Assembly: GCF_006345805.1 (NCBI RefSeq)
Contig: NC_042998.1
Location: 138,446,001 to 138,510,000 of the forward strand
Source: Octopus sinensis
Lineage: Eukaryota
Direction of reading: 5' to 3'
DNA length: 64,000 nt
Positions 42,156 through 55,343 of the stretch are shown piece after piece. Every line of letters starts with the position of its first letter. Within the stretch, counting starts at the first letter, position 1. The notes under the pieces were generated by a model that had not been told where the DNA came from, made no database searches, and saw nothing but the letters and a program-made list of their open reading frames with translations. The translations under genes were made by a program, and so were the position numbers.

Positions 42156-42417
42156 TGCGCATGTACGCACACGTACACACACGTACAAATTTATTGTAAA
42201 ATTCGCATTAAAAGGGACTTTAAGTTTCACCAAATTGTTTATTCGTTGAATAAGCCGACTGGCTAAATTTAAGTCCTCGTCAACACGAATTTTACAAGTA
42301 ATTTGACCCCGCTCCCGATTCTGAGTTTCCTCATCAGTATATGTTCCGTTGTTATGCTCAAACTTACTTTAAAACACTAATCACAATTTAACGTATGTAT
42401 GTATGTATGTATGTATG

Positions 42418-42450
<33 letters not shown>

Positions 42451-42722
42451 GTTATATATATATACATAGTTTTCTCTGTCTCTCTCTGAGCATATGTTTG
42501 TGCGTACGAGTGTGTATGTAAAAACAAATGAGTTGTAAATTAACTTTATAGACGATGTCTACAAAACTACATTAGCAACTCAAAGTTTCGAAAGAGTCAA
42601 ACATTTTGTTTTCTTTTTTGTCTTCAAAACGGCGTCTGTGTTCTTATGGAGAACACAGACACCGTTTTGACACTGTAAACTGTTTTTTAGGTCTAAAGTC
42701 GAAAACCTATTCACACTTAAAA

Positions 42723-42942
42723 CCCTTTAGCATTTAAATCGGCAATATCCGGCCAAAATATTCTACCTGTTTTATGTTCAAATCAGCAAGATCCCACCTC
42801 TCACGCCTAAGCTACATTGTTATTCTAAAAATAAGCAATCACATCGTCAAAATCTCAGAGCAACAAAGCAATGCATGATTAATTCAAAACAGTGTGAATA
42901 ATGAAGTAGTACATTTGACAGAGAAGTCTGAATGATAAAGGG
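42723..42942. mobile_element. piggyBac-type MITE (~220 bp)
   Basis: ccctttagc ... taaaggg-ttaa termini. Confidence 0.7.
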
Positions 42943-43600
42943 TTAAATACTTTTTGCTGAGATGTGATAAAGCTTTTAAAAGATAGGTGAGATAGTCAGC
43001 GGTGTCTATTGAACAGCTTTAATTCTTTGAAATTATAAAACCCTGGGTCAAATATGTTATAAATGCTGTACAATAAGGTCGCGGATGACGTTGATTCCAA
43101 CTCGAAAGTCATTTCACTCTAGGCTGTTAACGTCTTGGATCACGTATGAGTATGACGGTCAAAACATTGATGCATTGAATATTGTTGTTCTAGATACATT
43201 CTCTTAAAATACAATAAGATAGGATGGGTACGGATGGAACATTCTGTCCCTAGATCTGTTGATCAGAGCTGAAATCTCTGTAAATTACAACAAACTGATG
43301 TTTGTGTTGACAAGTACAGTTGATCGGAATAGGGAGACTAGTTGAGGATGGTGGCCTAGAACCTGTTCTATCCGACTCCACATGAACAACAGAAATCAAG
43401 ACCAGACGCTATTCGATCCGTTCGTATGAACGTTGCAAATGAACTAGAGCCTTGTGGTTCGTATTCTATTACCAACACTGTTCTGCGTCGGAATCCATGT
43501 CTCTTCATACTCGTTGGATCTCTCCACTTTGAATCTTCACTTTCTGGATTCATCAAATCCCTACGAGGCCAACTTTCACCTTCATCACCTTCTCCTCCTC

Positions 43601-43639
<39 letters not shown>

Positions 43640-45811
43640 GTCATCGTCATCACCATCATCAGCCCCAGGAAATTATTGTGTTGAATCCTTCGGATTTTCA
43701 AAATTAGAAAGTGATCTGAGACAAACGCCACCATCATCCCCAGCAAGTACTTGCTACGGGATGGAGATGAAGTTAACTGGGAGACATAAATGCTTAAAGT
43801 AAAGAAAATTATTTAGACTCAAAATAAAATTTAAATGTTTCTGTTTCACTCTGCTCAACTGTCTCTTTCGCTCGTTGTTTTAGAAAAACATTGAAGCTTT
43901 GGCAATTTCGTACGAGAGCCTATTTTTGAAGATTAATATTCGTAATTTTATTGGGCATACTTCAGCCTCCTAATTCCTAGACTTACATAATCTGTATAAA
44001 GGGTGACAGTGCATTTTTTTTTTTTTTTTTGTAACATTTTTTATTTCCTTCTTTGCAAAGGGCTGGACTTTTGCATTTTTCTTCAACAGTTGTTCCGAAA
44101 CGATTCCTACTTAATAGCAATTTTCAATCAGCTCAATTCTCATCCATTGGTCTTTATCTTGTTAAATAGATCCTCCGTCGATCAATGTTGACCATACGCT
44201 AGTACATATATGTGCAGGCCTGGGTAAGAAGGATTTTTTTTTTTTTTCTTCTTTTTTTGAAGACTGTCAGTTTTCTATACAAGTAAGTATCCCTCTCTTC
44301 TTGGGACCAATACAACTTGGCGGCAGGGTTGTAGCAGTCATTGCTGTCAGGACACAAAGACCTAGAATAGATACCACTAGACATCTCATCCGACTTTCTA
44401 ACAGTTCTGTTCATCCGCCAACCCAGATTGATATTTTTATCAACCTCCGAAAGGTTGAAAGGCAAACTTAATCCCGGTGGAATTTGAACTCAGGCTGCTG
44501 ATAGTCAAAACATATACTGCGAGGTATTTTATCCAACGTTCTAACGACCCTACCAATTCACCCGTTTTTTTTTTTTTCTGCGGTTGTTAGCTTTAACAAA
44601 TTAGTCGAAGTTTAAAACAATTGGCATGGTTGTTGTGATTTAAGACTTCGTTTCGCAGCCATGTGCTTTTAGGTTCAATCCCAGCGCGCGCTACCTTAGG
44701 CCAGCATCTTCTAGATCTGGACCGACCAATAGCTTGTGAGTGAATATGGTGATGGGGAATCTATGCCGGTGATCTACGTATACACATGTATGATTGTTTA
44801 TTTTTCATTCCCTGACAACCGGTATTACCTTGTCTACGTTCCTATAAATTGACGGTCCTCAAAAAGATACCAATAGGATAAGTATCACACCTAAAATAAG
44901 TACTGGGATGGATTTGATAGACTAAACCCTTTCAAAGTAGTGTCCCAGTATGCCGGCAGTCCAATAACTGAAACAAGTAAAAGGGTAAAAGAATAATTTA
45001 ATACTCACCCGATAAAAAGCGACCAATTAAAGAGAAAGACAATGGAGTAAAACACTTTAATACCTGATGTGCGTGTGTGAGAGAGAGAGAGAGTGTGCGT
45101 GCGTGTGTGTGTGTGTGTGTGTGCACGCGCGCGTGTTCCCTATAGACAATGAGAGCTAATGGCGATTAATAACCTGAAGACTCTTTAGCCAAGTAGCCAA
45201 CACATTCCTCTCAATTCGCCTATTACGAAATAATCTAGCCAACGTAATTTAATTTAAGTGTTATTACATTGGCACAGGGTCTGATCGATCACTCGACCCT
45301 CGTACATAATTGGTACATATTTCATACTCCCGCCCCAAGAGGGACAAAAGGAAAACACTATTCCGGTGGGATTTAAACTCAGAAGAGATAGAGAGTTAAA
45401 TGTTGTTCGTCATTTGGTCCAGTGTTATGCTGCTTTTGGCAATCCACAACAAGTCTCATGATTTAATTAAAATTTAAATTGTCATTAACTGCAAAAACAC
45501 TTAAGAAATGCTTCAACTCTGAGAACGAGACAGTAAACGAAAAGTGATTTAATGACCTTTGATTAGGTGCCATTGCTAAATTAATTAACACATAAACGCT
45601 TAGCTCCTATCATCCAACATCCTCTTAATCCTCTTAATTTTTGGATCATTTAAGGCGACAAGCTCGCAGAATCATTAGTACACTGGATAAAATGCTTAGC
45701 GGCATTTTTTCCGGCTCTTTATTATCTAAGCTCAAATCCCGCCAAAGTCAACTTTCCTTTCATCCTTTCCCGATAGACCAGTGGTCCCAACTGGGGTCCG
45801 TATGACTCTTA

Positions 45812-46190
45812 TTTCTTTATTGCCCACAAGGGGCTAAACATAGAGGGGACAAACAAGGACAGACAAACGGATTAAGTCGATTACATCAACCCCAGTGCGT
45901 AACTGGTACTTAATTTATCGACCCTGAAAGGATGAAAGGCAAAGTCGACCTCGGCGGAATTTGAACTCAGAACGTAAAGACTGGCGAAATACCTATTTCT
46001 TTACTACCCACAAGGGGCTAAACACAGAGGGGACAAACAAGGACAGACAAACGGATTAAGTCGATTACATCGACCCCAGTGCGTAACTGGTACTTAATTT
46101 ATCGACCCCGAAAGGACGAAAAGCAAAGTCGACCTCGGCGGAATTTGAACTCAGAACGTAACGGCAGACGAAACACTGCTAAGCATATAT
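45812..46190 (-). mobile_element. SINE family B head-to-tail dimer
   Basis: Two ~180-bp near-identical units starting near 45812 and 45995. Confidence 0.9.
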
Positions 46191-46285
46191 AAAAATATAA
46201 TAGGACTTTTTAAACATCGAATGGTTATGGAAGTCCAGTAGGGTAAAATGGGAATCAAAATGGTTGAAAAACGGTGTGGTAGATA

Positions 46286-47184
46286 CGAGGTGGTATCAAA
46301 AAGTTCCCGGGATAGTTATGTTCAATAAAAAATAACTTATTTACCTAAGTTTTAACATCATCTCCTTCGAAATAGTCACCTGCGCAACAAAACACTGATC
46401 CCAGCGTTCCTGCCACTTTTGGAATCCGGCCTGGAAGTCGTTTTCCGTAAGTGAGTCGAGGACCTTCTGCGATTCGCTCTGGATCTCGACAACGGTATTA
46501 TTTGAGCTGCATTTTCATTTTGGGGAAGAGATGGGAGTCCGAAGGTGCTAAATCTGGTGAATAGAGCGGGTGCGGAAACGATACCATGTTGTTTTGGGTG
46601 AGAACCTCACGAGTGAAGAGAGCTCGGTGACAGTGTACATTGTCGTCGTGAAGAATCCAATTCTTCGCGGTCCACAGATCCAGTCGCTTTCGCCGAATGT
46701 CCTCCCTCAAACGCTTCAAAATGTCGCAGTAGAACTCTCGATTGCTGTTCTGGCCCGAAGTGGGAAGAACCAATTCTTGATGCACAATACCGCGGATGTC
46801 GAAAAAACGATGAGCATGCTCTTGATTTAGCTGCGGCTCTGTCGTGCGCCTGTGTCACTCGAAACGTTGTGAATTACCCATTGCCTCGTCGCCATAGGCT
46901 TGTCGAAGCATGCTCAATATCTCTGTAGCAGACTTCCCAAGTTTAACGCAAAATTTTACGTTGGCTCTTTGTTTCAACTTTCTGTCCATGACAAAAATCG
47001 CTAACTACAGCTCACAAATGATCACAAGACCACAAATTTCACAACTTGCAAAGTAAACACAACGATGTCACTCGACACACTGCCTCATGAAGATTACTGC
47101 TAGCTTTCACTGTGCACGCAACTGTGTGCTGCCATTTGTTGGCGTGCTACAAAATTAATCCGGGAATTTTTTGATACCACCTCG
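46286..47184 (-). mobile_element. Internally deleted mariner (DD34D) with intact TIRs
   Basis: 25-bp TIRs cgaggtggtatcaaaaa(g/a)ttcccgg with one mismatch, and TA on both sides. HDDN...YSPDLAPSD has 34 residues between the catalytic Asp. Confidence 0.95.
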
Positions 47185-47468
47185 TACAATAAAGTACTGA
47201 GGATTGATGTAATCGACTTACCCTCTCACTTCAAAATACTTGATCTCGTGCCAAAATTTTAAACAGTTTTGGATTATTGGACGTGCTTGTCTACCAAATA
47301 AGTTTCTATGAATACAAATATGTTTAGCTTGAAATGACGAACTACCATTAGTAACATTTTCGGATTCGTTTCTAATTCACTTCACAAAACAACGATGTAT
47401 GTGATTATGAGAATAATTTCTACGTTCATTATCATTTATCTAACTGAATTCGGGACTGCCATGGATTA

Positions 47469-49559
47469 CACTGGAGAACAAATGGAGAAAAATCTCTTGG
47501 TGCCTCAGGTTTAGGACTTGATCTTAGGTATATTCAATATGTTCATTTCTTTCTAGCCAGCTCTGCTTTTTGAGATAATGTAAAGCTGCCCACACATGAA
47601 TCTGGGATAGGCTGCCGACATGATTATTATAAAATCAGAGATGGTATGTAATGTATTTGACAAATACTTGAATATACATTCAGGGAACAGAGAAAATCCA
47701 TTTCTGTTTTTGTGAAAAGCTATTTCAGAATAAAACTAAAGACCAAGATAAGACATATGCTCCAAACATTGTAAAACTTGTATTGAGCACCTTCAGCAGT
47801 GGACAACTGATACGACGATATGTCTGAAATTTGGTATACTTACGGTAAGGAGAGAACAGAGGAATCATAGTGAAGATTGTTACTTCTGTCTGGTTGACAT
47901 AAAGAGCATTAATGCACGTAATCGGGGTATATGGATGTATCCTGACTTAGACTCGGCAAAACGACCTGTTATACACTCAGATTAAATACCAGTCTCATCA
48001 TTCATTAATCTAGAAGAGCTCTATGAAGAAGAAGAATCTTGTTCTTCACCTGTAAACAGTAGTTATGGTACCACTGATTTTGAAGGGACCTTATCAGTGG
48101 CACATGTTTTTAATCAGCCACAGCTCAATGACCTCGTTAGGGATCTAAATCTCTGAAAGAAATCAGTAGAATTGTTGGCGTCTAGACTAGCAGAGAACAA
48201 TTTATTGCATCCAAAATCACATACTTTTGCAGTAGAGAAAGAGATTTGCTGCCGTTCTCGGCGGAAAGTGATTTTGTTTTTTAGCAACAATGTTCAACGC
48301 TTGCTGATGAAAATGGGCATATCACAATATCTAGTAAGCAAATGGCGGTTGTTCATAGACAGTTCTAAGCAGAGTTTAAAATGTGTGCTTTTACAAAATG
48401 GAAACAGATATGGATCGATCACAATTGGTCACTCAACTAAGATGATTGAAGAGCAAAAACCAGTTGCTCCGGTCCTACAGAAAATATCATACCACGATCA
48501 CCAGTGGTTGATCTGTGTGGATCAAAAGATGGTAAATTTTATCCTGTGCCATCAGAGTGGATATACTAAGTACCCCTGCTTTATCTGTCTCTGGGATAGT
48601 AGATCTAAGGATGAGCACTGGGTGAGAAAACAGTAACTTATGAGAGAAAACATAGTTGTAGGAGAAAAGAATGTAATTTCAGAAAAATTGGTTGATCAGA
48701 ATAAGATCATTTTACCACCACTGCACATCAGATTAGGTTTAATGAAACAGTTTGTAAAGGCTCTGAACAAAGAGGAGAGATACTTTGGCTACATCTGTAA
48801 AAAATATCCAGCACTAAGTATGGAGAAGTAAAAGGCAGATATTTTTGACGGTTCGCAAATCAGAGGACTCAGGAAAGATCCACATTTCAAAGAGTCAATG
48901 AACACTGCTGAGATAGATTCTGATAAAATTTAACTTAGCACTATGAAGCTTGGGTTGCTATCCACAGTTAGCTCCAAGTCTTCTTCCATTATGGCTGTAC
49001 AGAATTTTCTTGAAGCAAACAATTACACTGAACTAGTGGAGAAGATGTTATATTCTTTCCGTCAACTTGGCTGTACAATGAGTATCAAGGTGCATTATCT
49101 CCATAGTCACTTGGATCGTTTCCTAGAAAACCTTGGTGATCTAAACGAAGAGCAGGGTGAACGATTCCACCGAGATTTAAGAACTATGTAAGAAAGATAC
49201 CGCGGACACTGGATACTCACATGTTGTCAGATTACTGCTGGTCTATTCAAAGTGATTGCCCTGGCGCAGCTCCCCGCAAGAGGTCTTGAAGCTTCGCTTT
49301 TGTGAGATATCTGAGTAAATGAACTGTATCAGTGACAAATTTCTATGTTTGTTTCATTATTATCTTATTCTCTGACGAAAATTCTTCATAAATAAAATAT
49401 ATCTACGTGTATGAATTCGTTTAATTAATCTAGGAGTATATCATATCTCAGTAACCAGAGGTGATGGGAAAAAAAAACGAATGGCATATTTAGAATTAGA
49501 GACCAAAACTTACTCAAAAAATGTTCTATCTCAGGCACCAATTTTCATGTTCCTCAGTG
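47469..49559 (+). mobile_element. Chapaev3-like (CMC group) DNA transposon, near full length, transposase disrupted
   Basis: Termini CACTG(GA/AG)GAACA..TGTTCCTCAGTG with tta/taa flanks. EDCYFC; GYTKYPCFICLWDSR; PPLHIRLGLMKQFVKAL; MSIKVHYLHSHLDRF; EEQGERFH; DYCW. Family name assigned from recalled motifs. Confidence 0.8.
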
Positions 49560-49770
49560 TAATGTATATAAACAGTGGTATGGTTGACTCTTTAGGAAAT
49601 GTCCATGGTCTCCATGGAGTGAAATGGTATGAATAAGCGTCCATCTAACCGCATGACATATCTTAAACATATACCCTTTTACTCGTTTCAGCCATATGGC
49701 CGCGGTCATGCTGGAGCACCACCGTGGTGCTAGACCTCCTTCAGCCATGTGTGTGTGTAAGCATTATGAC

Positions 49771-49818
<48 letters not shown>

Positions 49819-50289
49819 CACACACACACATATCCCAGAATTGACGTAGTCTAAGAGGTAAAAGATAGATATTAATTTTATATTGTTGTTATATATACTT
49901 CATATTTAAAAAAAAAACATTCCATAAATGAAATAAAGTAAGTGAAACATCTCAATGCTTTTGACTTCAATTTTGACCTCTACAACTTTCTTGAATTTGT
50001 TAACTTAGCACTCTGAAACTTGGTTACGTCTAAGACTCTGGTATTAGTTGACGATACGAGAAGCTTTCCTGGGGGGAAATAATGTGACAGTTTAAGTACA
50101 TTCTCTTTTCGAATTTTTCCTCTTTAGCAGTTTGTGGTTTCACAGAAAGAGAAAAGGGGGAGAGAGGGAGAAGATGAGAGAGAGGCACAGAGAAAGACAC
50201 ACACACAGAATCACAGCATGTAGACAGGATTGGATTTCTGTTCAGTCACATTATCCCTTGATATTCTGGTGCTTAGAAATCATCTGAAA

Positions 50290-50900
50290 ACGACTTTATT
50301 CTATGTTTGATGACATTTGCAATGTCATTTATATAAATTATAAATAGAAGTGGACCCAATTCAGTTTTCTAAGAAACTCCACTAATGACTTTTGCTAGTC
50401 TTGAGCAAACTCCATAGAACAAAACATGTTGGGTTCAGTTGGTCAGAAAACATTAAGTCCACTGCAGTAGCTTATCACGGACTGAAGTTAAGATAAATGA
50501 CGCCTGTTTTGTAGCCCTCTCTCGGAGCATTTAGGATACTATCAAAGTGATGGAAGACCTGCGTCGAGCAGTCTCTTCCAGCTCGAAAACCATGTTAGAT
50601 GGGCTCGAGGAGTCGATTTTTCTCAAGGAAGGTAGTTATTTATCTTCTTACTACTCTCTCGAATATTTTAATGATATAAGTTTAGTGGGGCCTGACGGTA
50701 ATTCACAACAAGCGATTTATTTCCTTTTCAAAATCTCGGACGATAGATTGAAACACAAACTGTTCAGGAATAACAGTGAAATCCTCCAGAGACGAGTAAA
50801 AAGAAATGCAAGTTGATGTCTAAACACCTTTAGGATACTAGTGGGGAATATGTCAAAGCCCACCGCTAAATTGAACTAAATTTTATTATTTGCTGCAAAC
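50290..50900 (-). mobile_element. CR1-clade LINE RT fragment (degenerate)
   Basis: FPTSILK..QLA..LWR.SL; NYR..IIKIFERVVR..FLEKNRLL..HGFRAGRDCSTQ..HFDSIL..VIYLNFS. Confidence 0.75.
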
Positions 50901-51224
50901 AATGATCGCGGTACCGAAAGTTATGTCAAGAAGGATATGTTGAGGATTTACATCAGCAATACTATCTAAGCTCCAAGATCACCGATTTCAGAGCGTTATT
51001 GCTTCTGTAGAATTTCAGCGTTCACTTTCAGCCCTGGATTCATCTTATTTTTCCACCTTTCGTTCGATCTTTCTATCTATTCCCCACTCCTTCTATCTTT
51101 CTTTCGGTTTTTTTATCTCTCTACTGTCATTTTCAAGTCCTATAGGACATTTTTTTCCATTAGCGTTACTTCTGCACGTGTATTGTCTTATGCTTTCTTA
51201 TTGCTGAAAGCCTTTATATATATT

Positions 51225-51320
<96 letters not shown>

Positions 51321-51603
51321 CATGCCAACTATCAGTGTCGTTTTCCGTGGTATCTTGTCTTTGTCTTATCGTCGTTTATTGTTTGCTTATGTTTTCGTCA
51401 CCGTCCTTGACGTCTGTTCACTTATCCCCAAACCTTTTGCTATTGACGACACCAAAATGAACAACCTTATCGATGATGGTGCGAAATTGTGATGATTTTG
51501 GGTCGATAACTGATAAGGATTGAGTATGTCCACGTTTTGTGTGTGACTTTTTTTTCCGAGTGTTCCTTTGTCGTCCTTCTGTGCAATTTTTTAATCGTAT
51601 ATA

Positions 51604-52832
51604 CAGAGTGCGTAAGATATTTGAGGACAGATTTATGTGTATAAAAAAAAACAGATATATAACAACATATAACTTTATTTATGAAACATTTTCTATAATG
51701 TTATTCAATAAAGCCACTTTCAGCTTCAACAACTGCTTCTGTGTGAGATCTAAATGATCTACATGCTCGAATCAAGTGGTCCTGGTTCATTTTGGACATT
51801 ATTCTGACTATGGCATCTTTCAAAGAATCTCTAGTGTTATGGGCGTGTTCATTGACCTCTCTTTCAACAACGCTCCACATGTGATAGTCTAATGGATTCA
51901 CATCTGGGGAATTAAGAAGTCAAATGTTAGGGGTTATGTGATCATGAAAATTTTCAGCCTTCAATTCCTGTATTACTAGAGCCATGTGTGATAGTACAGA
52001 GTCTTACTGAAACACATATGGCCTTCCATTGCATACACTGTCTATCCAGGGCTTAACAATTATTTCCAGGACCTCAATGTAGGAGACAGAGTTAACTCTA
52101 AGGGATTGTGGAAAGAAGTAAGGAGGCATTACATGGTCTTCATTGCTGACAACCCCTAGAACCATGACAGATGCAAAAAACTTTGTATGCATAACACTTG
52201 GAACTTCAGAAGTGTCTGCACATAACCATCTGTCATTTCTTCTGTTAACTTTTTGATCTTGGTCGAAGTTTTTCTCGTTTGAGAAAAAAACAAATCAAAT
52301 CTTCTTCTGCTGGATTTTTTAGTTTGTTTAAGAGCCTTTTAGAACTGATGTAGTGATTTTCTTTTGCTTTTTCTGACATATTACCTTTCCTCATCATATA
52401 AGACTTATATCTCATGTCTTCGTGGTCAACATTTCTGACTGTTCCTTCTGACACATGGAGATCTTTTGCAATTGATCTCATGGACTTTCTGGGATTGTAA
52501 TCAATGGACTTGCTGGATAAATTCAGGTGTTCTGATTATTTCAGAACGTTTAGAATGCTTTTTATGGTTTGATACTGGAGATACGTTTCCATCTTCAGTC
52601 TCTAGCTCCTCACAAACTGTGTAGACAAAAGATCTGGCAACGTTTAAAAATCGAGATATTTCTAAATCGCTATGCTCAGCCTTTATAACCACAATAACAG
52701 CATGCCTCTTCATTTCTTGAGTAAGCTGAGGGTCTGTCATTATCATTTTCTGAAACAGAGATTATGCAGAGTTAGCAAAAAATGCAGCAATGACCCAAAA
52801 AAGGTATGTCCTCAAATATCTCACGCATCCTG
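51604..52832 (-). mobile_element. Tc1/mariner-superfamily DD37D (maT-type) transposon, full length but pseudogenised
   Basis: TIRs cag(ag/ga)tgcgt(a/g)agatatttgaggaca. HTH region, MVLGVVS, and YVFQ*D..37 aa..NSPDVNPLDY (counted). Multiple stops. Confidence 0.85.
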
Positions 52833-53334
52833 TGCATATATATATATATATACATACGAGTGAGTAGACAAACGAAAGAAGGGCACTCAACACATTTATT
52901 GTGAGTTACATGTATATCAAAACAGTTTGATTCAGAATCCTTGGTACTCTGAGTCTCAAGCACGTGGCTAGTCTTCGACCATTGGATTCAGACTCTAATG
53001 GCCGAAGATTAGCCATGTACTTGAAACTCAGACTACCAAGGATTCTGAAGCAAATTATTTTTATCCATATAAAGGCGGTGCTCCAGCATGGCCGCAGTCA
53101 AATGACTGAAACAAGTAAAAAGAAAAAAAAAGAAAAATATACATGCATACATACATACATACATACATATATGTGTGTGTGTATGGTATAACTGAGAAAA
53201 GGTTACGTAATACTTGCATTTCCCATAATATATTGTGCTAACCTGAAACGTACGTATTAAATGATTTCAAAATACATCACTATTTTGTTTGACATCATTA
53301 CTACAATATATATAAATAGCCGTTGGGGAAGCTG

Positions 53335-53430
53335 CTGATGCTGCTACTGCTGATGCTGCTACTGCTGATGCTGCTACTGCTGATGCTGCTACTGCTGATG
53401 CTGCTACTGCTGATGCTGCTACTGCTGCTG
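53335..53430. repeat. 15-bp minisatellite (gctgatgctgctact) x ~6
   Basis: Direct inspection. Confidence 0.9.
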
Positions 53431-53632
53431 CCGTTAGGGATACTGCTATTGCCATCGTTGTTACAGCCTAGATGTTTCTAATCTAGACCCAAGTCTCCTT
53501 CATATGTATGTATGTATGTATGTATGTATGCATGCATGCATGTATGTATGTATATATGTATGCGCAGATTTGTATGTTTTATGTATATATTCTCATTCAT
53601 ATAGTTGCATATCTAGACATGCTCATATAAAT

Positions 53633-54990
53633 TTAAATGATAAACTTCTGGGAAGTTTTATAGATTTTTACAGTTCCAGTGATAGATCTGATCTGTAGTC
53701 TTCGAATTGGCTTTCTCCTTTCTGATTTTGAGAAGCCTAATTTCTCAAGATTGGTATTTAGGGAGTGTGTTACATATCCTAGGGCTCCAATAATTACAGG
53801 TACAAACCTGAACTTGTAATATGGATAGAGTAACTGCAGATTTCTCAATAGTTCAGCATATGTGTTCCCTTTTTCACTGATCTTCAGCTGTATATTAACA
53901 TCCGCTGGGCAGCTAATTTCCACAACTGTGCGCAGTTTCTCTTCTCTATCCCAAATCATTACATCAGGTCTGTTATGTTTATATTTTATGAGGTCTTCAC
54001 TGGTACATTCCACCAGTATTCCTTTTTATTATGAGTGGTTATGGCTTCTACCATTATGTGGGTTCTTATTTCTTTGTTCTCGGGATCATCCTTTTGACCG
54101 ATTTCATTATAGAGTGTCCTAGCTACAACGTCATGTCTCATCGGTAGATTATACCGTGATGACATTTTCGAACAACTGCTTAGGATGTGGGTGATATCTA
54201 TCTTCAGTGTGAACTCCACAGAGTTGCATCGGTTGTCACATTTTACAGCTTTTCCTGCATCTCTATCCCTTTTGTGCCTCAGGTACTTGGTTGATATTTC
54301 CTCTTCCTGGATTGCAAACGCATACCCTTCAAAGTGGGAGGTTATAATCCAGCTATTGGTCCATGATAAACTGCTATGATGATCGATGTTACTATCATCA
54401 CAGAGTTTTCTACTAACATATCCATGAATAGTCTTCTGCTCATATAGGCTCATCCTTTCATCTGATGATACGTTGCGATAGAGTTGTGCGACTTCTTTGG
54501 GCATGTATTCTAGGTTATCAGACAAAGTGTGTTGCTCAAGGAGCTGCCTTCCAAGTCTTATGATGTTATCAGCCACATGTATGCAAACCTGGTCAAGGGA
54601 TGCACTTCGACACCTGATGGTTAGAAGATGTTGCCGAAGGGATATGAAGCAACATTCAAAGGTATTTTGGATCAATGTTAAGTCTCAGCCGCCTTGTTTT
54701 CGTTTAAGGTAGTGGCAGTCTACATCACTGTTTATGTGGAAAGTTTGTGTGCCTCTTAGTATTTTTCGGGTTTTCACGTTAATGGCTCAGATTTCATCAA
54801 GCAGCCCAAATGTTGGTATGAGTACTGGCACTGCAAACACATTGTGAGCCAGTGTTTTATTGAAGGCAGAGAGTTCTGAGGTTCAAATTTTCTATATCCG
54901 GCTGTAATATTCTTTAGTGACACATTTTTGTTACAGGTGCTATTGTAAGATATATTTTCATCCACCCCTAGATACCTGTAACATTTCATT
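53633..54990 (-). mobile_element. R4/Dong-like LINE 3' part (RT thumb, zinc knuckle, RLE), degenerate
   Basis: YRYLGVDENISY; TSHFEGYAFAIQE; ITHILSSC..RHDVVA; HNRPDVMIWD..VEISCPAD..PVIIGALG. Confidence 0.85.
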
Positions 54991-55343
54991 ATGTATGTAT
55001 GTATGTATGTATGTATGTATGTATGTATGTATGTATGTATGTATGTATGTATGTATGTGTGTATATATATATGTATTATGTATGTATGTATGTATGTATG
55101 TATGTATGTATGTATGTACGTATGTGTGTAAATATATATATGTATATATATGTATGTATGTATTATGTATGTATGTACGTACGTATGTATGTATGTATGT
55201 ATGTATGTATGTATGTATGTATGTATGTATGTATGTACGTATGTGTGTGTGTGTATGTATGTATGTATGTATGTATGTATGTATGTATGTATGTATTATG
55301 TATGTATGTGTGTATGTATGTATGTATGTATGTATGTATGTAT
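54990..55343. repeat. (TATG)n microsatellite
   Basis: Direct inspection. Confidence 0.95.

Noticed and set aside
42325-42342. CTGATGAG-GAAAC hammerhead-like string on the minus strand; similar partial strings at ~6737, ~29360 and ~40400
   Set aside because: No stem II or stem III, so chance matches are expected.
43368-43707. Overlapping ORFs beside a (CAT)n tract
   Set aside because: No recognisable motif, no ATG in the signal-peptide-like frame, and no clear splice sites.
50534-50816. Plus-strand ORF/exon DTIKVMEDLRRAVSSSSKTMLDGLEESIFLKE
   Set aside because: It is the antisense of a CR1 RT fragment (HGFRAGRDCSTQ..VIYLNFS) on the minus strand.
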